From NCBI GenBank assembly GCA_964016885.1, contig OZ024741.1, positions 197,098,001 through 197,162,000 of the forward strand: a stretch of 64,000 nt of DNA. Reading direction: 5' to 3'. How positions within the stretch are numbered: position 1 is the stretch's first letter; each line of letters opens with the position of its first letter. Source of the stretch: Eledone cirrhosa. Its lineage: Eukaryota. The position numbers and the translations under genes were made by a program. The notes under the pieces were generated by a model that worked only from the letters and a program-made list of their open reading frames with translations, did not search any database and was not told the DNA's origin. Shown one piece after another: positions 1 to 10,737 of the stretch.

Positions 1-369
1 TGATGATGATCATTTGCCTGGCAGAGAGAGAGAGCGCTAGAGACCCACATGGATCTGTGAAAATGTTTTTTACTACATTTTACCTGCAAGAAATCAACTC
101 TATAACTCTTTACTTTGACTTTGCAACTCTCGCTATTTATCACTATCACTCATTCAGTCTCCAGAACACGAGAATAAGCAGATGGCAGTTTCCATGTAAA
201 AATTGTAGACCTAATGATGTCTAAAAAAAACTATTACAATAGAAACTTATCTACGAGGCCACAGGTCAACTTTTTGGTGGCCACTTGATAGTGCAAAAGA
301 AAAACTATTGGGGGGGGGGGGGGTATCAAACAACTGCTCCATACATTATATATATATATATATACACAC

Positions 370-745
370 TAAGAATAAAGGAACAAAGAGTCAGTGTTGC
401 ATCATAACATATTTAATAACATATTACATATGCTTCACTGTTGATCAGTTCGAGGAACTATTTATTATTGATTGAACCTGGCTCTGGAATCGAAAGATCC
501 TCAGATATGCCTCGGTATGTAAGATGACGAGCTTATATACCGAGGCCTATCTGAGGATCTTTCGATCAATAATAGATCGTTCCTCGAGCTAATCGATAGT
601 GAAACATATGTAATATGTTATTAAATATGTTATGATGCAACACCGACCCTTTGTTCCTTTATTCTTATAGTATTATACTCTGCTCTGTGCGAGCATCGAG
701 TGCTCACCCAGCATACTGCCTATGGACACAATTTTCTTGCACCTA
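370..745 (+). mobile_element. Foldback element (Penelope-like pLTR remnant): inverted arms ~370-523 and ~532-667 plus ~75 nt unpaired tail
   Basis: TAAGAATAAAGGAACAAAGAGTCAGTGTTGCATC... is the reverse complement of ...GATGCAACACCGACCCTTTGTTCCTTTATTCTTA. It abuts (TA)n at ~347-364 and contains a hammerhead-like motif. Confidence 0.7.
546..617 (+). ncRNA. Hammerhead-like ribozyme (type I) with enlarged stem II
   Basis: CTGAGGA at 551-557, GAAAC-ATAT-GTA at 601-612 (palindromic loop 3). Stem I is CCTAT/ATATG here and a perfect CATAT/ATATG in the inverted arm. Confidence 0.55.
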
Positions 746-749
746 TGCA

Positions 750-895
750 CTAGCAAGGAATTAAGCATGCAGTTCGGTGTCCACCAGGGCTCTGTTCTTA
801 GCCCTCTCCTGTTCATTATAGTATTGCAGGCAATAACGAAGGAGTTTAACACCGAATGCACATGGAAACTCCTATATGCGGATGTTCTCACACTT
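750..895 (+). mobile_element. RTE LINE reverse-transcriptase fragment
   Basis: Translates to GVHQGSVLSPLLFIIVLQAITKEF...LLYADV, matching the longer RTE copies at 14.4 kb and 30.1 kb. Confidence 0.9.
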
Positions 896-913
896 ATTAA
901 AATAACAGATTAA

Positions 914-964
914 AGTTTAAGCAAAGAATCGCTGCTTTCACCCTTAACAGGATCTTCTGAAACT
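914..964 (-). ncRNA. Hammerhead variant (CAGAAGA core), inverted-arm copy
   Basis: Reverse complement reads AGTTT CAGAAGA TCCT gttaa GGGT GAAA GCA gcgattctt TGC TT AAACT. Confidence 0.55.
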
Positions 965-1398
965 AAAAAAAATCAATCTGTGAACGCAGAAGTAAAGATT
1001 TCGAAAAACGTTGCAACCGAAGGAAAACAGGAAGACGAAACTTTGGTTCATGAAGAAGTTCCCTGACAATGAACGGAAATTATTATTACTTTTATGATTT
1101 TAATAACCTCTGTCATTTTCGTTCAACTAATTTATTTACATTATTCTTAACTCCGAAGCCGAGAATCATTCGGTTTTCTAAATAGAATATTAGTCTAATG
1201 ACTCCATTTACACCATAAACGTGGTTTTGTCTTTGCGTGTATTTGTTCTCATTGCTCCACATAACGATGTATTATCTTCGCCTTTTTCCGTTCATTGCCA
1301 GGGAACATCTTCATGAACCAACATTACGTCTTCCTGTTTTCCTTCGGTTGCAACGTTTTTCGAAATATTTACTTTTGCGTTCACAGATTGATTTTTTT

Positions 1399-1449
1399 AG
1401 TTTCAGAAGATCCCGTTAAGGGTGAAAGCAGCGATTCTTTGCTTAAACT
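1399..1449 (+). ncRNA. Hammerhead variant (CAGAAGA core, U4A)
   Basis: Stem I AGTTT/AAACT, core CAGAAGA, stem II T.T plus CCC/GGG, GAAA, stem III AGCA/TGCT, triplet CUU. Confidence 0.6.
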
Positions 1450-1560
1450 TTAATCTGTTATTTTAATAAATATTTGCTCTAGGGTTCTTATATATTTGAT
1501 ATATATTTATCCTTATCGAACCCTCTTTGGATTTTAGTCTTCAAATTTATCATTATTATT

Positions 1561-1748
1561 ATGGATTGGCAGTATCGGTAGAGGGTCGGACGCCATGCTT
1601 TGACGCATAGAGTTACGGCCCTTGCCATTTTGAGTTCAATCACGCCGAGGTTAACTTTGCCTGTCATCCTTACGGGGTCGATAAAATAAAGTACCAGTAA
1701 TACACTGGGTAATTGCTGGCCTTGTGCCTAACGTAGAAACAATTATTA
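1561..1748 (+). mobile_element. tRNA-derived SINE family 1
   Basis: A-box-like TGGCAGTATCGG, B-box-like GAGTTCAA, body GCCTGTCATCCTTACGGGGTCGATAAAATAAAGTACCAG, ATT tail. Its 3' end is duplicated at ~1758-1793. Many copies in the window. Confidence 0.85.
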
Positions 1749-2764
1749 TATATATATATTGCTGGCCTTGTGCCTAAAATAGAAACAATTATTATATATA
1801 TATATATATACACACATACACACATCAAACCAAAGGCCTCAGGCTAGTGTGTTGGGGGCAGACATCTCGAACCAGCTTGTACATGATAAAAAACCCAACA
1901 TATGACCAACCAATGATAACCACATACATCAATTGAACATTCAGCCCAGCATCAACATCAGTAATACAGAGCAGAAGAGTTACCAGACTCAATGATACAT
2001 GAGAACACACACCAGATGTCATTGAATTCCATAAAAATGAACAACACCACCATGCTGTTGCTGACTTAACTCCAACACTTGACCTGAACCAACCAACCAA
2101 GGTCCTTAGTAGTATGGCCCCAATAAAGAAATCAGTAAGGGGATGGTTTCCATGACTTTTACAGACCCTCGAAAACAGGTAAAGTCAATGCAGTTATTTT
2201 GAGATTTTTGTAAGCTCAAGGACAAATATGATCAGGGAGGAATTTCAAGGAGTTTGCAGCAATGGAGAGAAAAGATTGAATACAATATTTAGTGCTAGGG
2301 AAGTGAGACATTAGAGGGACAATGAAAAAAGTAGAGATGAGGATGTTGAGTGAGCTTACAAGGTATTGCAGATTACTAGCTCAGAGGAACTGAGTTCATT
2401 GGAATAGCAATAGAAGGAATAAAGAGAAGAAATAACATACTTATGAGAAAGTGGTTGTAGTGTTTTGGTTTGTGAAATCTTTGTCAATCAAGTATATGTC
2501 TTTATTTATTTATTATTTTTAAATGCAACCTAGAAAGATTATGTGTGAGCATATGTGCTGAGCCACAGAACATTCCTAAGCAGTATATTGAAGTTTTTCT
2601 TATGTAGAACCTTAATCTATGGTTTGCAGGCTTGGTAACAGCTGACCTGGGATTAAAAGGTTATTCTAAATAATCAAGTTTAAAATATCTTTATATTGTC
2701 TAAACCCATGCTAGCGTGGAAGATAGACATTAAACGATGATGATGATTGTATATATAGATGATG

Positions 2765-2970
2765 ATTTCCAATTTAGGCATAAGTTCAACAATATGTAGG
2801 GAGGGGAAAGTTGATTATATCGACCCCAGTACTTGATTGGTACATTATTTTATTGACCCTGGAAGGATGACAGGTAAAGTTGACTTCAACAGGATCCAAA
2901 CGCAGAAATTCACAACTAAATACTGCAAAACATCTCATCTAGCTCTTCACAGATTTTGCCAATCCACTGC
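2765..2970 (-). mobile_element. SINE family 1, diverged copy
   Basis: TGGTACATTATTTTATTGACCCTGGAAGGATGACAGGTAAAGTTGAC is the reverse complement of the family body. Confidence 0.7.
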
Positions 2971-2994
2971 CCTTTATGTGTGTGTGTGTGTGTA

Positions 2995-3195
2995 TTTGCA
3001 AACTTCTGACAAGACTTGTGGCTGGAGTAAAGCACCAACCAGACAGAGGGTGACCTGGTGGAGGAACAGCACAGTGGATAGAGTCATTAAAGCGAAGAGA
3101 CAGGTATGGAAAGACTGGGAAAATAGGGGTAGCAAAGACCAATACCAGGTAACTAAGAGAAAAGCTAGACAACAGGTATACACAGCTCTGAGAGA
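2995..3195 (+). mobile_element. RTE LINE ORF2 fragment
   Basis: DKTCGWSKAPTRQRVTWWRN...KAKRQVWKDW aligns by eye to copies B and C. Confidence 0.85.
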
Positions 3196-3257
3196 GGTAT
3201 CCGTTATACCTGCAGCTACAACTTTGATTTATACCTATTATATATATATATATATAT

Positions 3258-3752
3258 ATAAGGAAAAAAAATGAAATGGAAAATGCAAAGGAGTCTTAAG
3301 AATATTTATTAGGTTCCGTTTCACAGTTCTTATGCTTTTCAAAAGTAGAATTGAGATGGAGGGTTTGTGGTTTTTCTTAGTGGATTGGCAGTATTGGTAG
3401 GGGGTCGGACACCATGCTTTTCAGCATAGACGTCCCTTTGCGATCTGAGTTCAAATCCCACCGAGGTTAACTTTGCCTTTCATCCTTACGGGGTCGATAA
3501 AATAAAGTACCAGTAATGCATGGTGTCCGACCCCCTACCGATACTGCCAATCCACTAAGAAAAACCACAAACCCTCCATCTCAATTCTACTTTTGAAAAG
3601 CATAAGAACTGCGAAACCGGTAAAGGAACCAAATAAATATTCTTAAGAAGACTCCAGTTGCATTTTCGATTTCATTTTTTTCCCTTATACTTTCACTCGT
3701 GTAAGACATCTCGTTTTTTTTTTTCATTTTGAAAAAAAAAACCTCATTTCCT
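3258..3752 (+). mobile_element. Foldback element (Penelope-like): arms ~3258-3418 and ~3518-3689 enclosing a SINE, ~63 nt tail, flanked by (TA)n
   Basis: Clear ~160-bp inverted repeat. SINE family 1 occupies ~3379-3520. (TA)n on both sides. Confidence 0.75.
3590..3625 (+). ncRNA. Minimal hammerhead with U3-A8 core (TTGAAAA)
   Basis: CTT TTGAAAA GCA taagaac TGC GAAAC CG GTA AAG, then AATAAA. Confidence 0.6.
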
Positions 3753-3894
3753 AATATATATATATATATATAACTGAAAATATTAGCAATTGTTCAAATA
3801 TGTAAGGTCAGTATGAGAGATCAGATATTATAAGGTTTAGTATTTAGTGATTGAGTTGTTAATTATATCTATTTCAGGTGTAGAGAGGTATGTT

Positions 3895-4200
3895 GCTCTG
3901 TCAGTTAATGAGTGTTCCAGTTATTTGAACAACAGAACAGTCAGCTTATGAAATTAATGTTCAAGTGGTTGAGCATTCCCCTGAATTGTGTACCTTTAAT
4001 GTAGTTCTCAAGCAGATTCAACATAGCATAGTGCATGACAAGGCTGGCTGGCATTTTAAATCACGGGTACAACAGCTAATTGGACTGAAGCAATGTGAAA
4101 TAAAGAGTCTTGTTCAAGGACACAATGCAGTCAGGGAATTAAACTCATGATCTTACATTTGCAAGCTGAACACCCTAACCTCTAAACCACACACCTTCAC
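3895..4200 (-). mobile_element. tRNA-derived SINE family 2 (CORE-like segment)
   Basis: Reverse complement has a tRNA-like head, TGTCCTTGAACAAGACTCTTTATTTCAC and TGCTCAACCACTTGAACATTAATTTC. Related copies lie near 24.55-24.8, 43.4-43.5, 57.4-57.6 and 59.46-59.69 kb. Confidence 0.7.
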
Positions 4201-5489
4201 TGTTCAGGTGTACAGATATATATTTGTTTATTTGTGATACAGCTATGTCTTTGTAAGGTAGTGTATTGGCATTGCTGTAAGAGCCATTGGATAGAATCAT
4301 CATCATCTTTGTGGTAATTATTCTGGTTCTCTGTTGGCCCTTTGAATTATAAGTATAGTCCATCTATCCAATTTCATTCACAAGGGATGGGTCAACCCAA
4401 GACTATGGTAAACGTCATTTGTCTAAGATGCCATGCAGTGGGATTGAATCCAGAATCTATCAACTAAAGTGTACTCAATCATTCGGTCATGTTGCACCCA
4501 CAGCCAACAACATGTAAATATGCTAAATGATTATTTTATACATTTTGATGATATTTCCTCTAAGATTATAAAATTTTGAGTTCCATAAAAACATGTACGT
4601 GTTACTGAACAATTACAACCACAAAAATATGTTACCTAGCTGAACATAGGAACCACATTAATGTCATGGTTAGGTAGTTAACATTATAGAATACAACCAG
4701 CTGTAAAAACAAATAAACGAAGTTGAAAAATTATGCTAACATAAGGTGATGATTCAAAGTAAGACATTATGAGAAAGTAAGATACTATTTTTTAAAAACT
4801 TTTCTCCAAAACAAACAGTGATATATAAGAAAAATATAAATTCTCACTAACTTACCACAGCATATCCTTAAAATAGAGCAACATTTAACAGCTGCTGAGA
4901 TATTTGGTTGATATTTAAATTTTAGATGAAAAGAAATTATTGGAGATAAAAGTAAATTCTTAACATTTCAGTTAATAGATTTGCCTATCTGATTATTACA
5001 GTATCAAGACAGACAGTGTACACAGATGTAGTGACAGGCCTGATTAGAACACACTGCTGGCTAGGAAAGGATATATAGACATGGGTCTGTCATCAAGGAG
5101 GAAGTGTGGGGAGCTGAATGATGAAAAATAATGATGATGATAGTGATGTTAATGAGGTATAGAGATGACTATTGTATTTGTATTGTAGGAATACAAATTA
5201 CAGTAACAAATACACTCCTTTCCTTTAGCTAATTTGAGTATTGAAAGAAGCTAAATATTGGGGATTGCAGCTGAAGTAAACTGGGTTCTGCCTGTTGGAG
5301 AGTATTCTCTCATATTGTTCAGGTGTATATAATTGTCATAGTCATGGTGGTGGTCTGTGTGTGTTTGATGATTTCTTTATATATATAATAAATTTAGGAA
5401 AATTAACAAAGAAAAGAATGAACGTAAACAAGGCAAAACTGAAAACAAACATTTTGAAGGTGAAATCTTAAAAAAATAAGGTCGTCAGC

Positions 5490-5689
5490 NNNNNNNNNNN
5501 NNNNNNNNNNNNNNNNNNNNNNNNNNNNNNNNNNNNNNNNNNNNNNNNNNNNNNNNNNNNNNNNNNNNNNNNNNNNNNNNNNNNNNNNNNNNNNNNNNNN
5601 NNNNNNNNNNNNNNNNNNNNNNNNNNNNNNNNNNNNNNNNNNNNNNNNNNNNNNNNNNNNNNNNNNNNNNNNNNNNNNNNNNNNNNNNN
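5490..5689. other. Assembly gap (200 N)
   Basis: Run of 200 N. Confidence 1.
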
Positions 5690-7995
5690 AAATAAATAAT
5701 ATCAAAATTTCATAAATTTGATATTATGTGAGATAATTATGTAAGATGAAGTCTTTATTGCGAAAATATAATAGTATATAGAGAATAATGCAAATGCTAA
5801 AGGGTTAAGGAGTACTTTGTGAAACATTTAACTCTGTAAAATTGAGGATTGGTGATAGCTGGAAGATGATGACACTTGATGTAATGAGAAAGAGCATCAG
5901 TCAACTCAGGTCTATTGTGTTTACTAGTGGGGATTGGTTTCACTCAGTCAAAATATCCTTGACATTGAAGAATAGTAACAGCAATTCCATCAAATTGGGT
6001 TTACAGTGGCTTTCATTGTTATTGAAATGGTGAGTTTGATAACCTTGCAAGGTTAAGAAGCAAATAACAAAAACAACTTGTATTTAAAACATATCCCATA
6101 TCAAGTTATAATTCTGATAAAATTTTGACTTAGCACAGCAAACTAACAAAGTTAATGTTACTTATTCATTAGATAACCAACTAATAATTCTTGAAACAGT
6201 ATTTTGCTGTTCTCTATCACCATAGCTAAATGACCTAAGCCAGAGAAACTATGATGCCTTTGCTAGATACATTATAGCCAAAAGTGTAACATAACCACCT
6301 TAATCAAATACACCTCTCCTTTAGCATTGTAGAGATACAAATCAAAACTGGCATGAAACCAGATTGTGTGTGTGTGTGGAAGAACATTTTCCAGTCATGC
6401 AGTACTTTGTCTGAATAGGTAGTGATTCTATTCTAGAAACCAATTATAAAAGAAATTTATGATTAAAATGAGAACAATTTATAGCAGGAAAAGGAAAATT
6501 TTTCTGGTCTTCTTTAGAGAAAGCTAATTCTGCATTTCTAATTGACTAAAAAGGTAGGTGCTTTTTCTCTACTTTTAATTAGGTACTCCATTTTTCTTAC
6601 TTTCTAATATTTCCTGTATTCTAGAAGCTATAATTAATGGAGAACACATTCTTTACTTTTAGTTTTTAACATTTCATGTCTGCAAATAAAATGTCAGTAA
6701 CTTAGTAATTATTGATGAAATATTTGCAATGGAACAGCTTCTGAAACAATACAGTTTCAAAATTAGTTTATCATGTTACTCTTCTTTTGTTTCAAAAATC
6801 CTTTTCAAAATCTTAGAATGATTTACTTTGTTTTAAAGGATATTGTAATAATATAATATTACAGTTAAAGATACTAAGTGACAAAAAATAGATCACAAAT
6901 TTTTGACCTACTTTATGGCAAAAGTAAACATTTTATATGGTTAGAATTAATTGCTATATGGTTATTTACACAATTGTCAGAACTAAAATGTTTTTATTCT
7001 GTTATACTTTTGCTGGTTTCAGTCACTTGATTGTGGCCATTCTGAAGCAAAGTCTTTGAAAGTTTTATTTGATTATATAGACTCAAGTTCATCACCTGGT
7101 ACTTATTCTATTGACATAGGAGGAAGATAAAAGATAAAGACAACCAGATATAAAAGGACATAACTGAGATGATTTAAAATATCACAAGGTGTTTTCATAT
7201 GACACCAATTTGTTTGTTTAACCATTCTAATATATGCACACATAACCGACTGATGGCTTTAGATAACACAAGACTATGATAGAGGACATATACCCAAAGT
7301 GTTCTACAGCAGGATCAAACTTAAAACCATGTTGTTGTGAAGCAAAATTATATAGAGAAATAATTCATTTGCTGCATGATTTCATATGCAATTTCAACTT
7401 TGTACATTTATTCAGGGAGAAATACATTTACATTTAAACATTCAACGTTTTTATTTGAAAAATTCCTCCTTATAAATCTCAAGTGTAGCAATATATCTCA
7501 AAGATAAATCCATTATAATTATTTGCAGAAACAGATTGCTTACATATATTTTGAATCACCGGTAATAAAACCTCAAATCTAGCTGAATAATTTATTCCAG
7601 ATGTTCTAAAGTAAGGTGCTGATAAGAATGACGTTTTTAAGTTCTTGTTTTTTTTTCTATTTCTCTGTATTTTACACAATAATGACTATGTTAAAACATT
7701 TATAAGTATATTATGAAAGTTGAATAATTAAGATACCGAACAAGGATCCTATGTACCAAACCTTTCTGTAAATATTGCTGTTGTTCCTTTCAACAAACAG
7801 AACACATTCACTTATTCTCAGTAAAACCGAACAAAGCTATCATTTTTGGATTATGTCCAAAACTAATTGATAGGCTTCAGAAAATTCATCTACTTGTAAA
7901 ATATCTGATTCAACTGTTATAACAGCTATACACATGGAACTATGCAAACATGATAGTGAGGAAAATGATATTAGAATATTTTAAATAACTGAACA

Positions 7996-9206
7996 TCCCA
8001 TAACTGGGAAATGGTCGTGCTCGGTGTGTAGGAAAGGCGTAGGTAGAAACTCCATTTTATGTCCTAAATGCAAAGTATGGGTGCATAAAAGATGTAGTGG
8101 GATCACAGGTAAGCTAACTAAGAACATAGATTTTACATGTGGCCGGTGCTCTGGTGCAATAAGTAGCAGCAAGTGCCCACAAACTACTAGCTCTTTCAAT
8201 TGCGCAGAGGGTTCTATAGAAATAGTGGACAGCTTCCGTTACCTGGGCGATAAAATCAGCAGTGGGGGAGGGTGCTCTGAAAGTACTGTAGCTAGAGTCA
8301 GAACTGGTTGGAAAAAGTTCAGAGAGCTTATACCACTATTAGCTGCTAAAGGGTTCTCACTAAAAATGAAAGGCAGGTTGTACGATGCCTGCATACGAAC
8401 AGCAATGCTGCATGGCAGTGAGACCTGGGCATTGTGTGCAGAGGATATACGCAGACTAGAGAGGAACGAAGCTTGCATGCTCCGCTGGATGTGTAACAGT
8501 AATATACGTGAACGGCAAAGCATAAACGAACTAAGGAATAAATTAGAGATAAGAGGGATCAGATGTTGTTTACTCGAGAGAAGGCTACGTTGGTATGGAC
8601 ACGTGATGCGCATGAAAGTCGATAGCTGTATAACAAAGTGCAGGGCAATAAAGATAGACGGTAGTCACGGAATAGGCAGACCTAGAAAAACCTGGGACGA
8701 GCTGATAAACTCCGACATCACACACTTACACCTCTCCAAGACAATGTCACTGGACCGAGACCTTTGGCGGTACTCAGTAACAGAGAAGACCCGCCTTACC
8801 TAAATATATAGTAAAACCTACTCCAGCCAGTAGGCATCTCTAACAAAATACACCCCGTCCCACCACCCCCACCCCCACCCGATCCACACCACCCCGTTCT
8901 ATGTAAAGTTATGTTGGTGCCGCGCCATCGAGGCCGAAACAAATGAGATCGTGTAGGTGTCACGACAAAAAACACACAGTCCACGCTGTAATGTGGCCGT
9001 GTAGGCAACACGGTAAAAACCTCCCAGACCCACACTGTAAATGTGGTTGGTGTTAGGAAGGGCATCCAACTGTAGAAAACCTGCCAGACAGTCCTATGCG
9101 AGCAAGACAATCACTCTTGCCTCAAGTGGGACTACCCCCGTCCAAACCCATGCAAGCGTGGAACACGGACGTTAAACGTTGATGATGATGATGATGATGA
9201 TGATGA
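7996..9206 (+). mobile_element. RTE-clade LINE copy A, 5'-truncated (ORF 8024-8803, 3' UTR, (GAT)n tail)
   Basis: PHD-like CxxC...CxxC..WVH.RC...CxxC, VDSFRYLGD, LHGSETW, RRLRWYGHVMR, GRPRKTW. (GAT)n tail at 9181-9206. Confidence 0.95.
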
Positions 9207-9392
9207 CATCAAGCTAGTCAAATGTATTGCATTAAATAACTGAAAACTATAGTAATAACCAATGTTTTTCAGTTGTACATTCTTTTTTTCTGTTCCATTA
9301 GAATATGAATATAATTCACCCACAATCATACCTAGATCAATTACTAAGGTATTAAGGTTGTTGAAGAACTCTTCTAGATAAGAAAGCTGACA

Positions 9393-9405
9393 ATACATAC
9401 ATACA

Positions 9406-9437
<32 letters not shown>

Positions 9438-9476
9438 CATACATACATACATACATACATACATACAGACAGACAG
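9393..9476. repeat. (TACA)n/(GACA)n microsatellite
   Basis: Direct reading. Confidence 0.95.
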
Positions 9477-9714
9477 AGGCCGGTCGTTGAAGAAATAGCA
9501 CCACATGTTCGGCCGGCTCCCTGTATCAGGAAAAGAAAATCTTTTTCGGAGAAATTATTGGATTCTTTCAAATCCTCAGGTTTTTTTCAGGAACTTTCAA
9601 TGTTTTTATGGGATTTTACCATCCGAAGAGCTCAAGCTATTATAACTGATAGTCCTCAGTGAAACATGTATAAATAAACCTGAATCAACTGAATATAGCC
9701 TCTGATCTTTTATT
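9477..9714 (+). mobile_element. Probable Penelope-like 3' fragment with degenerate hammerhead (9623-9670)
   Basis: CCGAAGA GCT...AGT GAAAC AT GTA, then AATAAA. Ends at (TA)n. Stem I is poor. Confidence 0.45.
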
Positions 9715-9729
9715 TATATATATATATAT

Positions 9730-10104
9730 ATATAATATGTTGAGAAGGTTACACACCAGAGAGAGATATATAGTGCGTTATCAATAATACAGGGAAAAAA
9801 CCACCAGTGTATGGAATCTATAACCTATGAAAGGCAGACTATAGACACGATAATTAAAAATATAAATTAAAGCGTAAATAAATACCTTTATAACTAAATA
9901 ACACACGTACAAATCCAAAGATATAGGTTATAGATTCCATACACTGGTGGTTTTTTCCCTGTATTATTGATAACGCACTATATATCTCTCTCTGGTGTGT
10001 TACCTTCTCAACATATTATATTTTAAAGGGCTCAGGATCTCTTCCCCTTTGAGCACATTATTTACAGGGAATAACGACGGCCTATGCCTCCGTTAATTTA
10101 TCGT
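9730..10104 (+). mobile_element. Foldback element: arms 9730-9828 and 9924-10021 plus ~83 nt tail, between (TA)n tracts
   Basis: Near-perfect ~98-bp inverted repeat with the same architecture as the elements at 0.4, 0.9 and 3.3 kb. No hammerhead seen. Confidence 0.7.
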
Positions 10105-10557
10105 TATATATATATATATACAGACCCTGACTCTTCTCTTTATGCAATTGGAGGTGACCTCTTCTCTCCTACTCATCACACTATACCTGCCATACATCCA
10201 TAAAATCATATCTTCATTCTCTCTCCTCCCCTCCTTTACATATACATGTTTAATCATGGTTGTTTTTGTAATTTATTTTTGTTTGCATTGTTATTGTTAT
10301 TGTTGCTTATCTTTAAGTTTTCTAATTTTTCACTGAGTGTAAAACATTAGCAAAGTTGATGAAAAACAAGGGAAGAAGATTATATTTATATCACAGCAAG
10401 CCTTGCAAATATTTCATTGTCTGAACAGTCTAATGCAAAGGGGGATATGCCGAAAAAGCCAATCCATTTTGCAGGGTTCATTCATATGGATGGTCACCTC
10501 TACCCCAATCAAACTAAGTAGGGAAGTTGTTCTGAGGCAAAGGACATTAGATATTTA

Positions 10558-10737
10558 CATCGGTAGAGGGTCAGACGCCATGCTTTTGCAGCAAAGAGTT
10601 ACGGCCTTTTATGGTCTGAGTTCAAAACCTGCCGAAGTTAACTTTGCCTGTCATCCTTACAGAGTCGATAAAATAAAGTACCAGTAATACACTAGAATAA
10701 TTGCTGGCCTTGTGCCAAAAGTAGAAACAATTATTAT
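10558..10737 (+). mobile_element. SINE family 1
   Basis: CGGTAGAGGGTCAGACGCC...GAGTTCAAA...GTCGATAAAATAAAGTACCAG...GTAGAAACAATTATT. Confidence 0.85.

Larger units (their letters stand above)
894..1550 (+). mobile_element. Foldback element (Penelope-like pLTR remnant): inverted arms 894-1078 and 1286-1469 plus ~80 nt tail
   Basis: ~185-bp inverted repeat. Family fragments recur at 36548-36665 (+) and 37297-37343 (-). Contains a hammerhead fold followed by AATAAA. Confidence 0.75.

Noticed and set aside
1050-1080. Second hammerhead-like motif ATGAAGA-AGTTC...GAACG-GAAA on the opposite strand of the 0.9-kb element
   Set aside because: A3 cannot pair with G8, there is no stem I or III, and the two arms diverge right after GAAA.
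4856-5489. Possible minus-strand first exon ending ATGCTGTG|GTAAGT
   Set aside because: Only a good donor site and a short ORF (MLLYFKDML) support it, and the upstream context is lost in the gap. Needs RNA-seq.
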